Position numbers and translations under genes: made by a program. From assembly GCF_001194135.2 (NCBI RefSeq), contig NC_068982.1, positions 171,745,223-171,777,749 of the forward strand: a stretch of 32,527 bases of DNA, given 5' to 3'. Of the stretch, positions 21,663 to 32,527 are shown piece by piece. The notes beneath the pieces were generated by a model. That model did no database searches and had not been told where the DNA came from. It was given only the letters and a program-made list of their open reading frames with translations. Source of the DNA: Octopus bimaculoides (Eukaryota). Position 1 is the first letter of the stretch, and the number at the start of each line of letters is the position of its first letter.

Positions 21663-22200
21663 TTACTTGTTTCAGTTATTAGACTATGGCCTTACTGGGG
21701 CAACAACTTGGGGGATTATAGTCACATGAAATAACTCGAGAACTTATTTTTTTAAAGTACTGGTACATATTTTAAAGGTCCCTTTTGCCGAACTGATAAG
21801 TTACGGTGGCGTAAACACACCAACACCGGTTGTAAAGCGGTGGATGGGCGGACAAAGAGACACACATGCTCTTGTCCCTAATTCTCCGCAAGAAAACTTT
21901 TGTTTTGCAGGCACCGCCAATTGGGAAGCATTAAGTCTTATCGTTAAAGGTGCGAAACTGAATATTACCAATTGGTTGATAACTGATGAAGCATTACATA
22001 CCTTCTGTTTGTCTCCCGTTCGTTTTTACATTCAGTATACGTTACGTCGTTTGTTTATACATTTTTTAAAATATTTTTCCGTCTACCAAATCCATTCACA
22101 AGGCTTTGGTCGGCCAATCGTTACAGTAGAAGACACTAGCCAAAGGTACCACACAGTTAGACTGAACTCGGAACATGTTTGCGAAGCGAACTTCTTACCG
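21663..22200 (-). mobile_element. Family B SINE with about 200 bp of unrelated sequence (21870-22074) between its 3' and 5' halves
   Basis: 3' half ttacttgtttcagt...gtaaacacaccaacaccggttgtaaagcggtgg; 5' half ttccgtctaccaaatccattcacaaggctttggtcggcc...agtagaagacact. Confidence 0.7.
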
Positions 22201-22220
22201 CTAGGAGAGAAAGAGAGCAT

Positions 22221-22554
22221 TGTCTTCTACTATAGCCTCAGGCTGACTAAAGCTTTCTGAGTGGATTTGGTAGGCGGAAACTGAAAGAAGCCTGTCGTAT
22301 ATATATATATGTGGGGGGGTGTATGTTCGTGTGTCTGTGTTTGTCCCCCCCACCCCCACCATCGCTTGACAACCAATGTTGGTGTGTTTAGGTCCCCGCA
22401 ACATAGCAGCTCGGCAAAAGAGAACCCGTGGGAATAAGTACTAGGCTTACAAAAAATAACTTCTGGGGTCGATTTGTTCAACTAAGTAGTGGGACTGAAT
22501 TCGGGACCGTATTGTTGGTGAGCAAGCTACTTACCAGACAGCCAATCCTGCGCC
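22221..22554. mobile_element. Rearranged family B SINE: body on + (22221-22485) joined to a head on - (22486-22554)
   Basis: The body runs tgtcttctactatagcctc...gtcgatttgttcaactaa, then gtagtgggactgaattcgggacc...cagccaatcctgcgcc, the reverse complement of the head. Confidence 0.7.
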
Positions 22555-22620
22555 TATATAAGTATGTATATTCTGTACACCTAGCCTTAAGCAGACTTAT
22601 TTGTTTATTGACATTATTAT

Positions 22621-22624
<4 letters not shown>

Positions 22625-22665
<41 letters not shown>

Positions 22666-23585
22666 NNNNNNNNNNNNNNNNNNNNNNNNNNNNNNNNNNN
22701 NNNNNNNNNNNNNNNNNNNNNNNNNNNNNNNNNNNNNNNNNNNNNNNNNNNNNNNNNNNNNNNNNNNNNNNNNNNNNNNNNNNNNNNNNNNNNNNNNNNN
22801 NNNNNNNNNNNNNNNNNNNNNNNNNNNNNNNNNNNNNNNNNNNNNNNNNNNNNNNNNNNNNNNNNNNNNNNNNNNNNNNNNNNNNNNNNNNNNNNNNNNN
22901 NNNNNNNNNNNNNNNNNNNNNNNNNNNNNNNNNNNNNNNNNNNNNNNNNNNNNNNNNNNNNNNNNNNNNNNNNNNNNNNNNNNNNNNNNNNNNNNNNNNN
23001 NNNNNNNNNNNNNNNNNNNNNNNNNNNNNNNNNNNNNNNNNNNNNNNNNNNNNNNNNNNNNNNNNNNNNNNNNNNNNNNNNNNNNNNNNNNNNNNNNNNN
23101 NNNNNNNNNNNNNNNNNNNNNNNNNNNNNNNNNNNNNNNNNNNNNNNNNNNNNNNNNNNNNNNNNNNNNNNNNNNNNNNNNNNNNNNNNNNNNNNNNNNN
23201 NNNNNNNNNNNNNNNNNNNNNNNNNNNNNNNNNNNNNNNNNNNNNNNNNNNNNNNNNNNNNNNNNNNNNNNNNNNNNNNNNNNNNNNNNNNNNNNNNNNN
23301 NNNNNNNNNNNNNNNNNNNNNNNNNNNNNNNNNNNNNNNNNNNNNNNNNNNNNNNNNNNNNNNNNNNNNNNNNNNNNNNNNNNNNNNNNNNNNNNNNNNN
23401 NNNNNNNNNNNNNNNNNNNNNNNNNNNNNNNNNNNNNNNNNNNNNNNNNNNNNNNNNNNNNNNNNNNNNNNNNNNNNNNNNNNNNNNNNNNNNNNNNNNN
23501 NNNNNNNNNNNNNNNNNNNNNNNNNNNNNNNNNNNNNNNNNNNNNNNNNNNNNNNNNNNNNNNNNNNNNNNNNNNNNNNNNNNNN

Positions 23586-23618
<33 letters not shown>
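22625..23618. other. Assembly gap N 22666-23585 flanked by (CT)n and (TG)n
   Basis: Directly visible. Confidence 0.98.
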
Positions 23619-23621
<3 letters not shown>

Positions 23622-23861
23622 GTATGCATAAAAACATTCAAATTTTAACTTTAAAGACATACAAGGCATTTATGTAGAATAGGAAACATCAACCATCAAT
23701 TAAACTTCGAAGTAACTTTCAATATTTTCTTTGAGAATAAGTATAAGCTTGTGTATGTGCGCATGCGTGCGTGAATTTGACTGAGGGACTGAATACAAAC
23801 AAGTGGGAAATATACTCACTATGGGAAGAGGCTCTATTCATTAGAATCGATAGCGAAAAGT

Positions 23862-24093
23862 AACATAATCAACATCATCATCATCAACATCATCATCATC
23901 AACATCCACATCATCACCGCTTCCACCGGCATCAACAACATTACCACCACCACCACTACCACCACCACCACCACTACCACCACTACCTACAACAACAACA
24001 ACAACAACAGCAACAGCAACAACAACAACAACACTATCACTCAGTATCAGTGTAGATAAAATAAAACAAAGCAACAGTAGCTAGCATTAAACG

Positions 24094-24136
<43 letters not shown>

Positions 24137-24208
24137 AGCAACCCGCTCTACTATTACTACTACTACTATTACCGCAACTACCACCACTACTACTACCACC
24201 ACTACCAT

Positions 24209-24252
<44 letters not shown>

Positions 24253-24260
24253 ATACTACA
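23862..24260. repeat. Compound trinucleotide field (CAT)/(CAC)/(CAA)/(TAC)
   Basis: Directly visible. Confidence 0.9.
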
Positions 24261-24515
24261 CGGTTCATAATGAACAATGATGTTCTTTGTTCTGAGTCAA
24301 ATGTCTTCATTATGTGCAATAAAGAAATACAGAATGTCCGATGCTGAGTTGATAACCGCCTAATTAAATCCGACAGACACGCTACGCGCCACCACCAGCT
24401 CACACACCTTTCTCAACGGTACGATATGTGGCAGCATCTGTTTGTGGAATTCTTTCTCATGTGAATTTATGCCCAATCAGAAAGAAGGGCCGCGGTGGGA
24501 GTGATGGCAAGATTG

Positions 24516-24745
24516 ATAATAATAATCCTTTCTTATGGAAGCACAAGGCCTGAAATTTGGGGGGAAGGGAGGGATTATGTCGATTACGTCGACCCCAGTG
24601 CGTATAACTGGTACTTATTTAATAGACACCGAAAGGATGAAAGGCAAAGTCGACCTCCGAGGAATTTGAACTCAGAACGTAGTGACGGGCGAAATACCGC
24701 TAAGCATTTGGTCCAACGTGCCAGAGATTATGCCAGCTCGCTGCC

Positions 24746-24747
<2 letters not shown>
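24516..24747 (-). mobile_element. Family A SINE, full length and well preserved
   Basis: gcacaaggcctgaaatttgggg...aactggtacttattt...gaaaggatgaaaggcaaagtcgacctccgaggaatttgaactcagaac...gccagctcgctgcctt. Confidence 0.9.
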
Positions 24748-24818
<71 letters not shown>

Positions 24819-24843
24819 CAACAACAACAACAATAATAATAAT
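24748..24843. repeat. (AAT)n/(AAC)n microsatellite
   Basis: Directly visible. Confidence 0.96.
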
Positions 24844-25392
24844 GCCCGGTTGCAGTACCAGGCAGTCGCTCTCATGGCTTCTGATCTTGATTGGAAGTGT
24901 TATCATGTACATTGTTTTGACTTGGTATAAAAGATGGGCTACAGCAAATATTCTGCTTAATACCACAGATTTGCTTGTCATGCTTGACCTTAACCAGTTG
25001 AGCATGACCCTTAGTGGATGACGATATGTGCATCTCTGATCACGAGCAGAAGTAGTGGGGGAGCATCATAGTCATGTGTTAAGAGGAATTCTTTGGGGTT
25101 TGAATAATTCACATTTAGAAACATGGGTGTTTTGCTCAACATCCTTAAACAACCATTATTCAAGGACCTTTTGAGCGGGATGGGCTACTCGACCTGAAGA
25201 AAATTCTAACTGGGCCCCCACCTGCACGGTCATGCGCTGTTTATCTTGATATGACATCACCATGTCGCGCACATATGGTTGTGATGCATGTGCCTGGTGT
25301 ACCCTTATCAGACGGGTAGTCATGATGGGTATAATGGGCTTCGTATATTTTACCCCAGTGTCACTTTGATGGCATGCACTGCTCTCTCACTC
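24844..25392 (+). mobile_element. About 550-bp non-coding interspersed repeat bounded by (TAA)n on both sides, probably the long 3' UTR of a Dong-like LINE or a non-autonomous derivative
   Basis: Ends cactttgatggcatgcactgctctctcactc followed by (AAT)n. A second diverged copy follows at 25426-25806. It has no credible ORF. Confidence 0.7.
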
Positions 25393-25425
<33 letters not shown>

Positions 25426-25429
<4 letters not shown>

Positions 25430-25806
25430 TTCTGCTCGATACCACAGATTTGTTGTCAGCTGCTTGACCTTAGCCAGTTGAGCATGCTCCTTTCTGGTTG
25501 ACGATATGTGCATCTCTGATCATGAGCAGAAGTAGTTGGGGATCATCATAGAAATGTGTTGAAAAGAATTCTTTGGGGGTTTGGAGAATAGACGTTTGAG
25601 AACATGGGTATTTGGGTCAACATCCTCAAACAACATTTATTCAGAGACCTTTTGAGCGCGATGGGCTACACGACGTGAAGAAAATTCTAGCTGCAGGATC
25701 AAACGCTCTTTATCATGATATGAGATAACCACGTCAAGCACATAGTTGTAATACACGTGCCTGGTGTAACTTTATCAGACGGATACTCATGATGGCTATA
25801 CTGGGC
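25426..25806 (+). mobile_element. Second, more diverged copy of the TAA-bounded repeat (aligns to 24947-25339)
   Basis: Shares aatattctgct..ataccacagattt, gacgatatgtgcatctctgatca.gagcagaagtagt, gaccttttgagcg.gatgggctac and gtgcctggtgta..ttatcagacgg. Flanked by (AAT)n on both sides. Confidence 0.75.
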
Positions 25807-25819
25807 AAAGGCAACAATG

Positions 25820-25851
<32 letters not shown>

Positions 25852-26012
25852 TTCTGGAAATCGTATTGTGTATTGTCATGTTGCATCTTTTATGGTCACT
25901 TGCACTGTTTTCTGAGTAATATGCAATATTTTGTTGTTAGACGTTCTTCATTCTTCATTTGTTTCTCTATGCCTGTTTTTATTTGATATCCGTGTTTATC
26001 TACATCTATCTA

Positions 26013-26017
<5 letters not shown>

Positions 26018-26052
<35 letters not shown>

Positions 26053-26082
26053 TAGATGTGTGTGTGTGTGTATACGTGTATG

Positions 26083-26123
<41 letters not shown>

Positions 26124-26133
26124 NNNNNNNNNN

Positions 26134-26172
<39 letters not shown>

Positions 26173-26410
26173 GTATATATGTATAAATATATACCCACGT
26201 GTGTGCAGTACATTTTAACATGTAGAAAAATGTATATGTATATGTATATGTATATACACACACACACACACATATACATATATACATTCATATATATATA
26301 CATTTATGTATATATTTATATATATATATATATTTATATACACACATATATATATGTATATATATACATGCATTTATATATGGGGTAGTGAGTGTATGTG
26401 TGTCTGTGTG
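26018..26410. repeat. (TA)n/(TG)n compound microsatellite with gap N 26124-26133
   Basis: Directly visible. Confidence 0.93.
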
Positions 26411-27361
26411 TACAAGATTCTTCTAAGCTGGCATGTATGGAGCTTAAGTAGCGATGTTATGAACTTTTAAATTTTGAGATATTTAATTAAATCCTATAAT
26501 TTAAGTCCTTACACATTTATTAAATATAAACCAGAAGTATTGAGTACTGTACTGTTTTCCTTTTGCATCCACTTACACGTATAGCATTGTTTATATGCGC
26601 TATATGTGAGTATGTGTATGTGCTAATGTGTCCATCAAGTTGTATGTGTAAGAGAGAGGTGGCGAGAAAGAATTTGAGTGGAAGTGTATGTGTGAATACA
26701 GATAAAGATGTCCTCGCTTAAATTTCATTTAAACAAATGCATTTTCTCTCGTTAATAATAGCTTCACCATTGATTTCTATAAAAATACACGCATATGCGT
26801 ACACGTGTTTATATGTGTGTGCGAACACACAAAGTGTGAACAGAAAGTATAACGTGTGTACTCAACACAGCAATTCTATATCAACAGAACTATTCCGTAT
26901 TAATTATAGGAAATTAAAATTCTTTCATCGCTACACTAAATTCTTGTGCCCCATTTTTGAACTTTGTTTAAAGAGATGAAAATATCAGTATATGTACAAC
27001 ATGGAGATAATATTCGAACCTTGATTTTTTTGAAAAGTGCTATGCTTTGTTCAAGAAGAACCTTTTTGAAAATATACACTGTTAAAGGAAAAATTAAGAT
27101 TAATGAGTGTGATTCGGGATGATAATAGTGAGTGGAAACAAAACAAAAAAAAAGAATAAGTTTGAGAAATAACTGTGCGACCATGTGAGATGAACACTAT
27201 GTATATTATTAAAATAAGAATAAGCACGTAGATGATTAAATTGCAAAGAAAATATATTCAAGATGTCTATTCCTGTAAGCCTTACAATTAAAAAATATAT
27301 TAACACATTCGAAGAATTTTTCTTTCACACACACACACACACGCACACACACACACACACA

Positions 27362-28440
27362 CTCTGTGAGGAGTATTTGGACGCTTAGTTATCAGTGTGA
27401 TTCTTCAAACCAGTGAAATACATGTAGTCATTGTTGCCTCGTCGCTGAACACAGCGATTTAGAAACTGCCAACTTTTTGAGTGCTGCAAGATATGTATAG
27501 AATCCGAAACTTTTGGCGGGAATATTTCAACTGTACCAAAAATGAACACTCAAAATGTCTGAAGACTTTAAAGACACCGCAATTCATCCGACGGGTTTAG
27601 AATTTGGATGACGATCCCGGAAAATCATTGAGTGCCATCACCTAAGACCATCAGGTATCAGAGCGGACTCGTAGAACTGCGTTGCTTGAGGACATTCAAT
27701 TCAAGTCTGAAGAGGACCGAATTTATGTCTGGAATGACACAAGGAAACCATGACAAGCTATTACTTTACGAAGTTAAAATCTCTCACGAATATGAGTAAA
27801 TTTTAACAAAGACCAAAAGTCTAACAAGAGAAATGGCAAATGACTAAGTGCAGACCCTTCTGACGGTCCCGAGTGACACACACTAAGTTTTCAGCAACTG
27901 TGATGGATTTAGGAATGGTTATTAACGAAGGTCATTTAATGCCACTCCCAAGGGTTTTAGAATTAACGCTGCTCGATATAGTGAGGTGCTAAAAACAGTT
28001 GTTTAACATGTCGATTGATGTAATGGAAGGCCATGCGTGTATCAACAAGATTCAGCACTTTCTCACAAACACCACATAACCTAAGATTTGATGTCAGAAA
28101 ATCTTTATGATCATGTAACACCGAACATGTGGACTGCAAGCATGACAGATTTTTATATCATGTGCTACAACGTTTGGAGCGTTGTTGAAAGGGAAACTAG
28201 TGGACATCATCACAGTATCATAGCTTCACTGAAGGCTGCCATTCTTTAGGTGAGGTCCAAAATGTTAGTTCAGGTACGTCAACGATTCTGGTCCGAAATG
28301 AAGGAGTCAATAAAGATGTAGACAGATTCATACAATAATCTTGTTTAAAACGAAGTTAATTCAGAACATGTGCAAAATTATTTCATTAAAATACGTTTGG
28401 CTTTTACTAAGTTAGAGTCGTTTTCTGAAATCACCTGATA
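27362..28440 (+). mobile_element. Decayed Tc1/mariner transposon, DD37D (maT)-like transposase pseudogene
   Basis: Frameshifted translation: PSEIHVVIVA..AEHSDLE.ANFL, DDDPGKSLSAI, KFSATVM.LGMV.NEGHLMP..KGFRINAARYSEVLKTVV, GRPCVYQQDSA (28043-28057), NLYDHVTPNMW, VWSVVERET..HHSIIASLKAAI. A possible right end lies near cacctgatata at about 28433-28443. Confidence 0.85.
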
Positions 28441-28789
28441 TATCCTCAAATACCTTGCACAGCTTGTATGTTGGTAGAGTATTTATTGACCTTGCACAAT
28501 ATATTTTCTTCACACTATAATTCATTAATTCTAATAATATACGGGGCTTTTACCCAATATAAAGGTCATTTTTCTCCAAACCAAATTTTTAATCAGCTGA
28601 AGAAAAGCGTTTTTACATCATGTTATTAAACTATTCATCAATTAAAAAAAAAAAACGTCTAAAGCAGTTGTAGTGAACCGTTCACACGTTTGTGATCTTA
28701 TTTTATACATACGTACATACATACATACATATATTATTGTTATACATATATCTATATATATCATATATATATTTATATGTTATCATTAT

Positions 28790-28791
28790 TA

Positions 28792-28831
<40 letters not shown>

Positions 28832-28853
28832 TATTGTTGTTGTTGTTGTTGTT
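28790..28853. repeat. (TTA)n-(TTG)n array
   Basis: Directly visible. Confidence 0.93.
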
Positions 28854-29069
28854 CAGTAGTTTTATTTTTATAACATACTTTCACTTCACTACCGAGCGCA
28901 GCTCTGTGTGCCTTGGGTATGTGCTGTGGTTTGCTGTGATGCTCTTATGGTTACAGTATTGAAAGTGTTTTGCGTAGGATGTGTGCAGTGCCCCGTAGTG
29001 AATTTTCTGTATGTTATATATATTTGTAAGTCCTGGTGTTTTTGTTATGTATTTGTCTGAATATTTTTT

Positions 29070-29070
<1 letters not shown>
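28854..29070 (-). mobile_element. 5'-truncated R4/Dong 3' end, second lineage, lying between (CAA)n/(TAA)n arrays
   Basis: Minus strand KKYSDKYITKTPGLTNIYNIQKI-(1-nt deletion)-LRGTAHILRKTLSIL*, then a short UTR unlike the one at 16 kb. The sense flanks are (CAA)n at 29071-29114 (5') and (CAA)n(TAA)n at the 3' end. Confidence 0.82.
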
Positions 29071-29116
<46 letters not shown>

Positions 29117-29885
29117 ATAGTTATAATTTAAATCTGATTCGACTCCAAACAACTGAAAGTTTCGTAGGCTCCTAGTAGATACCTAGCTGTCTGGGTGGGA
29201 CTTAGATAGTCGAATGGAGAGGTTACACGAAGTCCAAAATAGCTACCGGAAGCTGGGCTGCTATTAGTCAAGGTGGGTCATATGGTACTTTTAGGAGTGG
29301 AACTGAAATTCCAGTGGCATCAAATCCATTAAAAGGGAGTATTTATTGGGAAACGCAGCCGGTCAGAAAGCTGGTGACGCCGCACTCTCTGGCTAATCTG
29401 CGAATGGACTTGCGGGACATATGATACTAGGCCGGTGAGTGTGTGTGTGTGTGTTATCATATCAGTAGTATGAATGCATGGATATGCGTGTCTCATGCCA
29501 ATACCTATGTATCTACAATGTGTGTGTGTGTGTGTGTGAGGGTAAGAGTGTGCGTATGCTGATATGTATAAATGTGTTGTTATACCATAATATTTAACAC
29601 GTTTGTGTACTCTCGGACATTGGAAGAACTTTCGTTGCGGAAATAGCATTAGTAGTAAAACCCATCTCGTAAAAAAATGTTTCTGAGAGCACATTTGCTG
29701 AATAATACCAAAAGATAATAATACGTGTGTGTCTCTCCGTCGTTAAGCGTAGATCGATCAATATTTCAGACCTTCTCGGTTTCATCTTCTGAATGAAATA
29801 TTAAGTGTCGCACTTATATGTTGCAATTTATAAAAATCCATCACGAGAAAATTATTGTAGCTGATAAACATTGACATTGCAGAAT

Positions 29886-30020
29886 TTGCACACATGCACA
29901 CGCACACGCACACATGCACACGCACCCACACACATGCACACGCACACATGCACACGCACCCACACACATGCACACGCACACACACACATGCACACTAACG
30001 TACACAGACACGCACACACA
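29886..30020. repeat. CA-derived higher-order tandem repeat (acacatgcacacgcac units)
   Basis: Directly visible imperfect repeats of about 16-22 bp. Confidence 0.8.
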
Positions 30021-30393
30021 TAGTGTATCTTGTGTATACAATTAAATGCACACATATATATGTATATGAATGTATATGTATACAAATTTGTAAATATGTA
30101 CATATAAGCGGGGCAGTGTGGATGTATGGGTATTAGTGTACTTTGCGTTTTTTTTTTAAAAATCAATAAGTGAACGAAATATATTTTGTCTTATTCGAAA
30201 TCACGATTTCATATACTTATTCACACACACACACTCACACATATATAAATATATATATATGTATATATAGATATATATATTAACTGAGAACTGCGCATGA
30301 ATACGTATGTATATTATATACATATGTATCTAAATTGTGTATATATATACACACACAATTATATATCCATACATATATACTATGTATGTATGT

Positions 30394-30394
<1 letters not shown>

Positions 30395-30480
<86 letters not shown>
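30395..30480. repeat. (GATA)n microsatellite
   Basis: Directly visible. Confidence 0.97.
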
Positions 30481-30767
30481 TGTGCATTAATTTTCAATGA
30501 AGTAATGCATAAAAATAATCACATTTATGATTTGTATGAAATTACTGACAACGTTTAACTTAATTACATTATAATTTAACACACTAATTACATTTTTTCC
30601 TTGACGCGTGTCAATCAACAATTTCTCCTTAATATTTCTTTCTGTATTATATAATTATTATTATCATCATTATCTTTAATTACTCATTGACATTCTGCCT
30701 CAATGTAACAGGTTGTTAATTTCAGAAGCATCATAGAATAATTTTGAATCTCAGCATTATATTTCAT

Positions 30768-30818
30768 GTGAGTGTGTGTGTGTGTGTTTTTATGTGTGTG
30801 AGTGTATGTGTGCATGCA

Positions 30819-30906
<88 letters not shown>

Positions 30907-31159
30907 AACATACATACATGTATGTATATATATATGTGTATATATATATATATACACGTATGTATATATTTGTGTGTGTCTATACATATGTATATAGATA
31001 TATATGAATATGTATTCATATATATGCATATATATTTTAATGTATATATATATATATATAAATATATATCTATATGTGTATATATATATACATATATGTT
31101 TATATGCGTGTGTGTGTGTATATGTGTGTGTATATGTGTGTGTGTATGCGTGTGTGTGT

Positions 31160-31235
<76 letters not shown>
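30768..31235. repeat. (TA)n/(TG)n compound microsatellite
   Basis: Directly visible. Confidence 0.95.
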
Positions 31236-31236
<1 letters not shown>

Positions 31237-31595
31237 ACCATGGTTTCAAGATTGGGTTACAAGTAGAGTTCTACACGCTATTATTTTTCTAACGACTGTG
31301 GTGGTGTGATGACACACTACATTCTGCTTAAAATTTATATTTTGATTCTATGAGCTCGATAGAACGTTGCCTTAAATTATCTACGAAATAAATCGAACCC
31401 ATCCTACAAGCATATATACGTACCTATATGCACACTTACATTAACTTGTGATCTAGTAACGGGATCTAGTACAATATATTGCATCGTCTTTAGACTAGAT
31501 AGAATGAGGATGTACCATGTTGGTCTGGTCCTCATTCCTGAACAGTTACGGAGTTGGAGTCTCGAATATTTCGGACACACTGAAATAAAAATAAT

Positions 31596-31888
31596 TGGCA
31601 CTCCGTCAGTTCCGACGATGAGGGTTCCAGTTGATCTGATGAATAGAACAGCCTGCTCGTGGAATTAACGTGCTAATGGCTGAGCACTCCACAGACACAC
31701 GTTAATGTAGTTCTCAGACGGATTCAGCTTGACGTCGAATGTGACAAAGCCGGCCCTTTAAAATACAGGTACACCTGATTATTGTCAGTTGAGTGGACTG
31801 GAGAAACCTGAAATGAAGAGTCTTGCTCAAGGACACAACGCAATGCCGAGAATCGAAATGAGGACAGTGAGCCGATTACCTTAACCAC
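31596..31888 (-). mobile_element. tRNA-headed SINE related to family C by its head, with a different 3' tail
   Basis: Sense head gtggttaagg...tttcgattctcggc...ttgtgtccttgagcaagactcttcatttca...ccagtccactcaactg matches the 16.8 kb SINE head. The tail is ...gtggagtgctcagcc...cacgagcaggctgttc...tcaactggaaccctc. Confidence 0.75.
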
Positions 31889-32337
31889 AAAACCTTCTTT
31901 CAACTTGCAACGATCGAACCGGAAGTTTTGAATTCATAATCAGAGTAATCCATTATTCTATCTAGTTGACTATCTTACCTCTAGAATTTTCAAACTAAAA
32001 TATATAATATATATTAATACTTATAGCTGTTTTTCTTTGCTTTTTCTTTTTTATTATTATTATATTTTTTTTCGTTATTTGAGCCAAGCATCAAAATGTT
32101 GCAATGGTTTCCATAATACTCTCTGTACCTTTCTTCCAATTATTCTGCTATACTGTCTGGTGGTCATTGATGCAAAAACTGATCTTTCTATAGTCTCCAC
32201 ATTTCATCAATTTCCATGCTTTACTTAACTCATTAATATCAGCATTAATTTCACATAAATCTGGGTGGGGAAGAAAATGGAAACTGGGAAAAACTCACAA
32301 TTAAGACAAAATAATTTCATAATTGAAAATATATACA

Positions 32338-32462
32338 TATGTGTGTGTGTGTGTGTGTGTGTGCGTGCGTGTGCGTGCGTGCGTGTGTGCGGGGCGGGAG
32401 GAACGTGCGGGCGTGCGTGTGGGTGCGTGCGTGCGTGCGTGCGTGCGTGTGTGTATGTGTAT
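32338..32462. repeat. (TG)n/(TGCG)n microsatellite
   Basis: Directly visible. Confidence 0.92.
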
Positions 32463-32527
32463 GCAAATGACATAGATGTAATGTACTTCAAAAGCATACA
32501 CATACAAAGACAAAAAGACGTATTCAC

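Noticed and set aside
21940-21995. GAAAC...CTGATGA as a permuted hammerhead ribozyme
   Set aside because: There is an extra nucleotide in the core and no room for stems I and III.
24748-25850. CRISPR-like repeat/spacer array
   Set aside because: The repeats are variable-length microsatellites, the intervening units are homologous to each other, and the context is eukaryotic with no cas genes.

Overview
This is AT-rich, microsatellite-dense eukaryotic non-coding DNA (intergenic or intronic) with six assembly gaps (N runs). The repeat families match ones I recall from coleoid cephalopods, most likely Octopus; that taxon call is inferred from remembered repeat sequences, not a search. I found no credible host protein-coding gene: the long ORFs in the track are translated microsatellites, N runs or decayed transposon pieces. 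Supported content is: (1) many fragments of R4/Dong-clade non-LTR retrotransposons (restriction-like endonuclease, RLE), nearly all abutting (TAA)n, (CAA)n or (GAA)n arrays, including a scrambled nest at 15.8-18.2 kb; (2) three tRNA-headed SINE families in many copies and both orientations; (3) a decayed DD37D/maT-type Tc1/mariner transposase; (4) a MITE with 65-bp terminal inverted repeats (TIRs); (5) a diverged 3'-terminal 18S rRNA fragment on the minus strand; (6) a possible Penelope remnant. The most interesting theme is several retroelement lineages that appear tied to particular microsatellites. I cannot show that any of this is undescribed without database searches.
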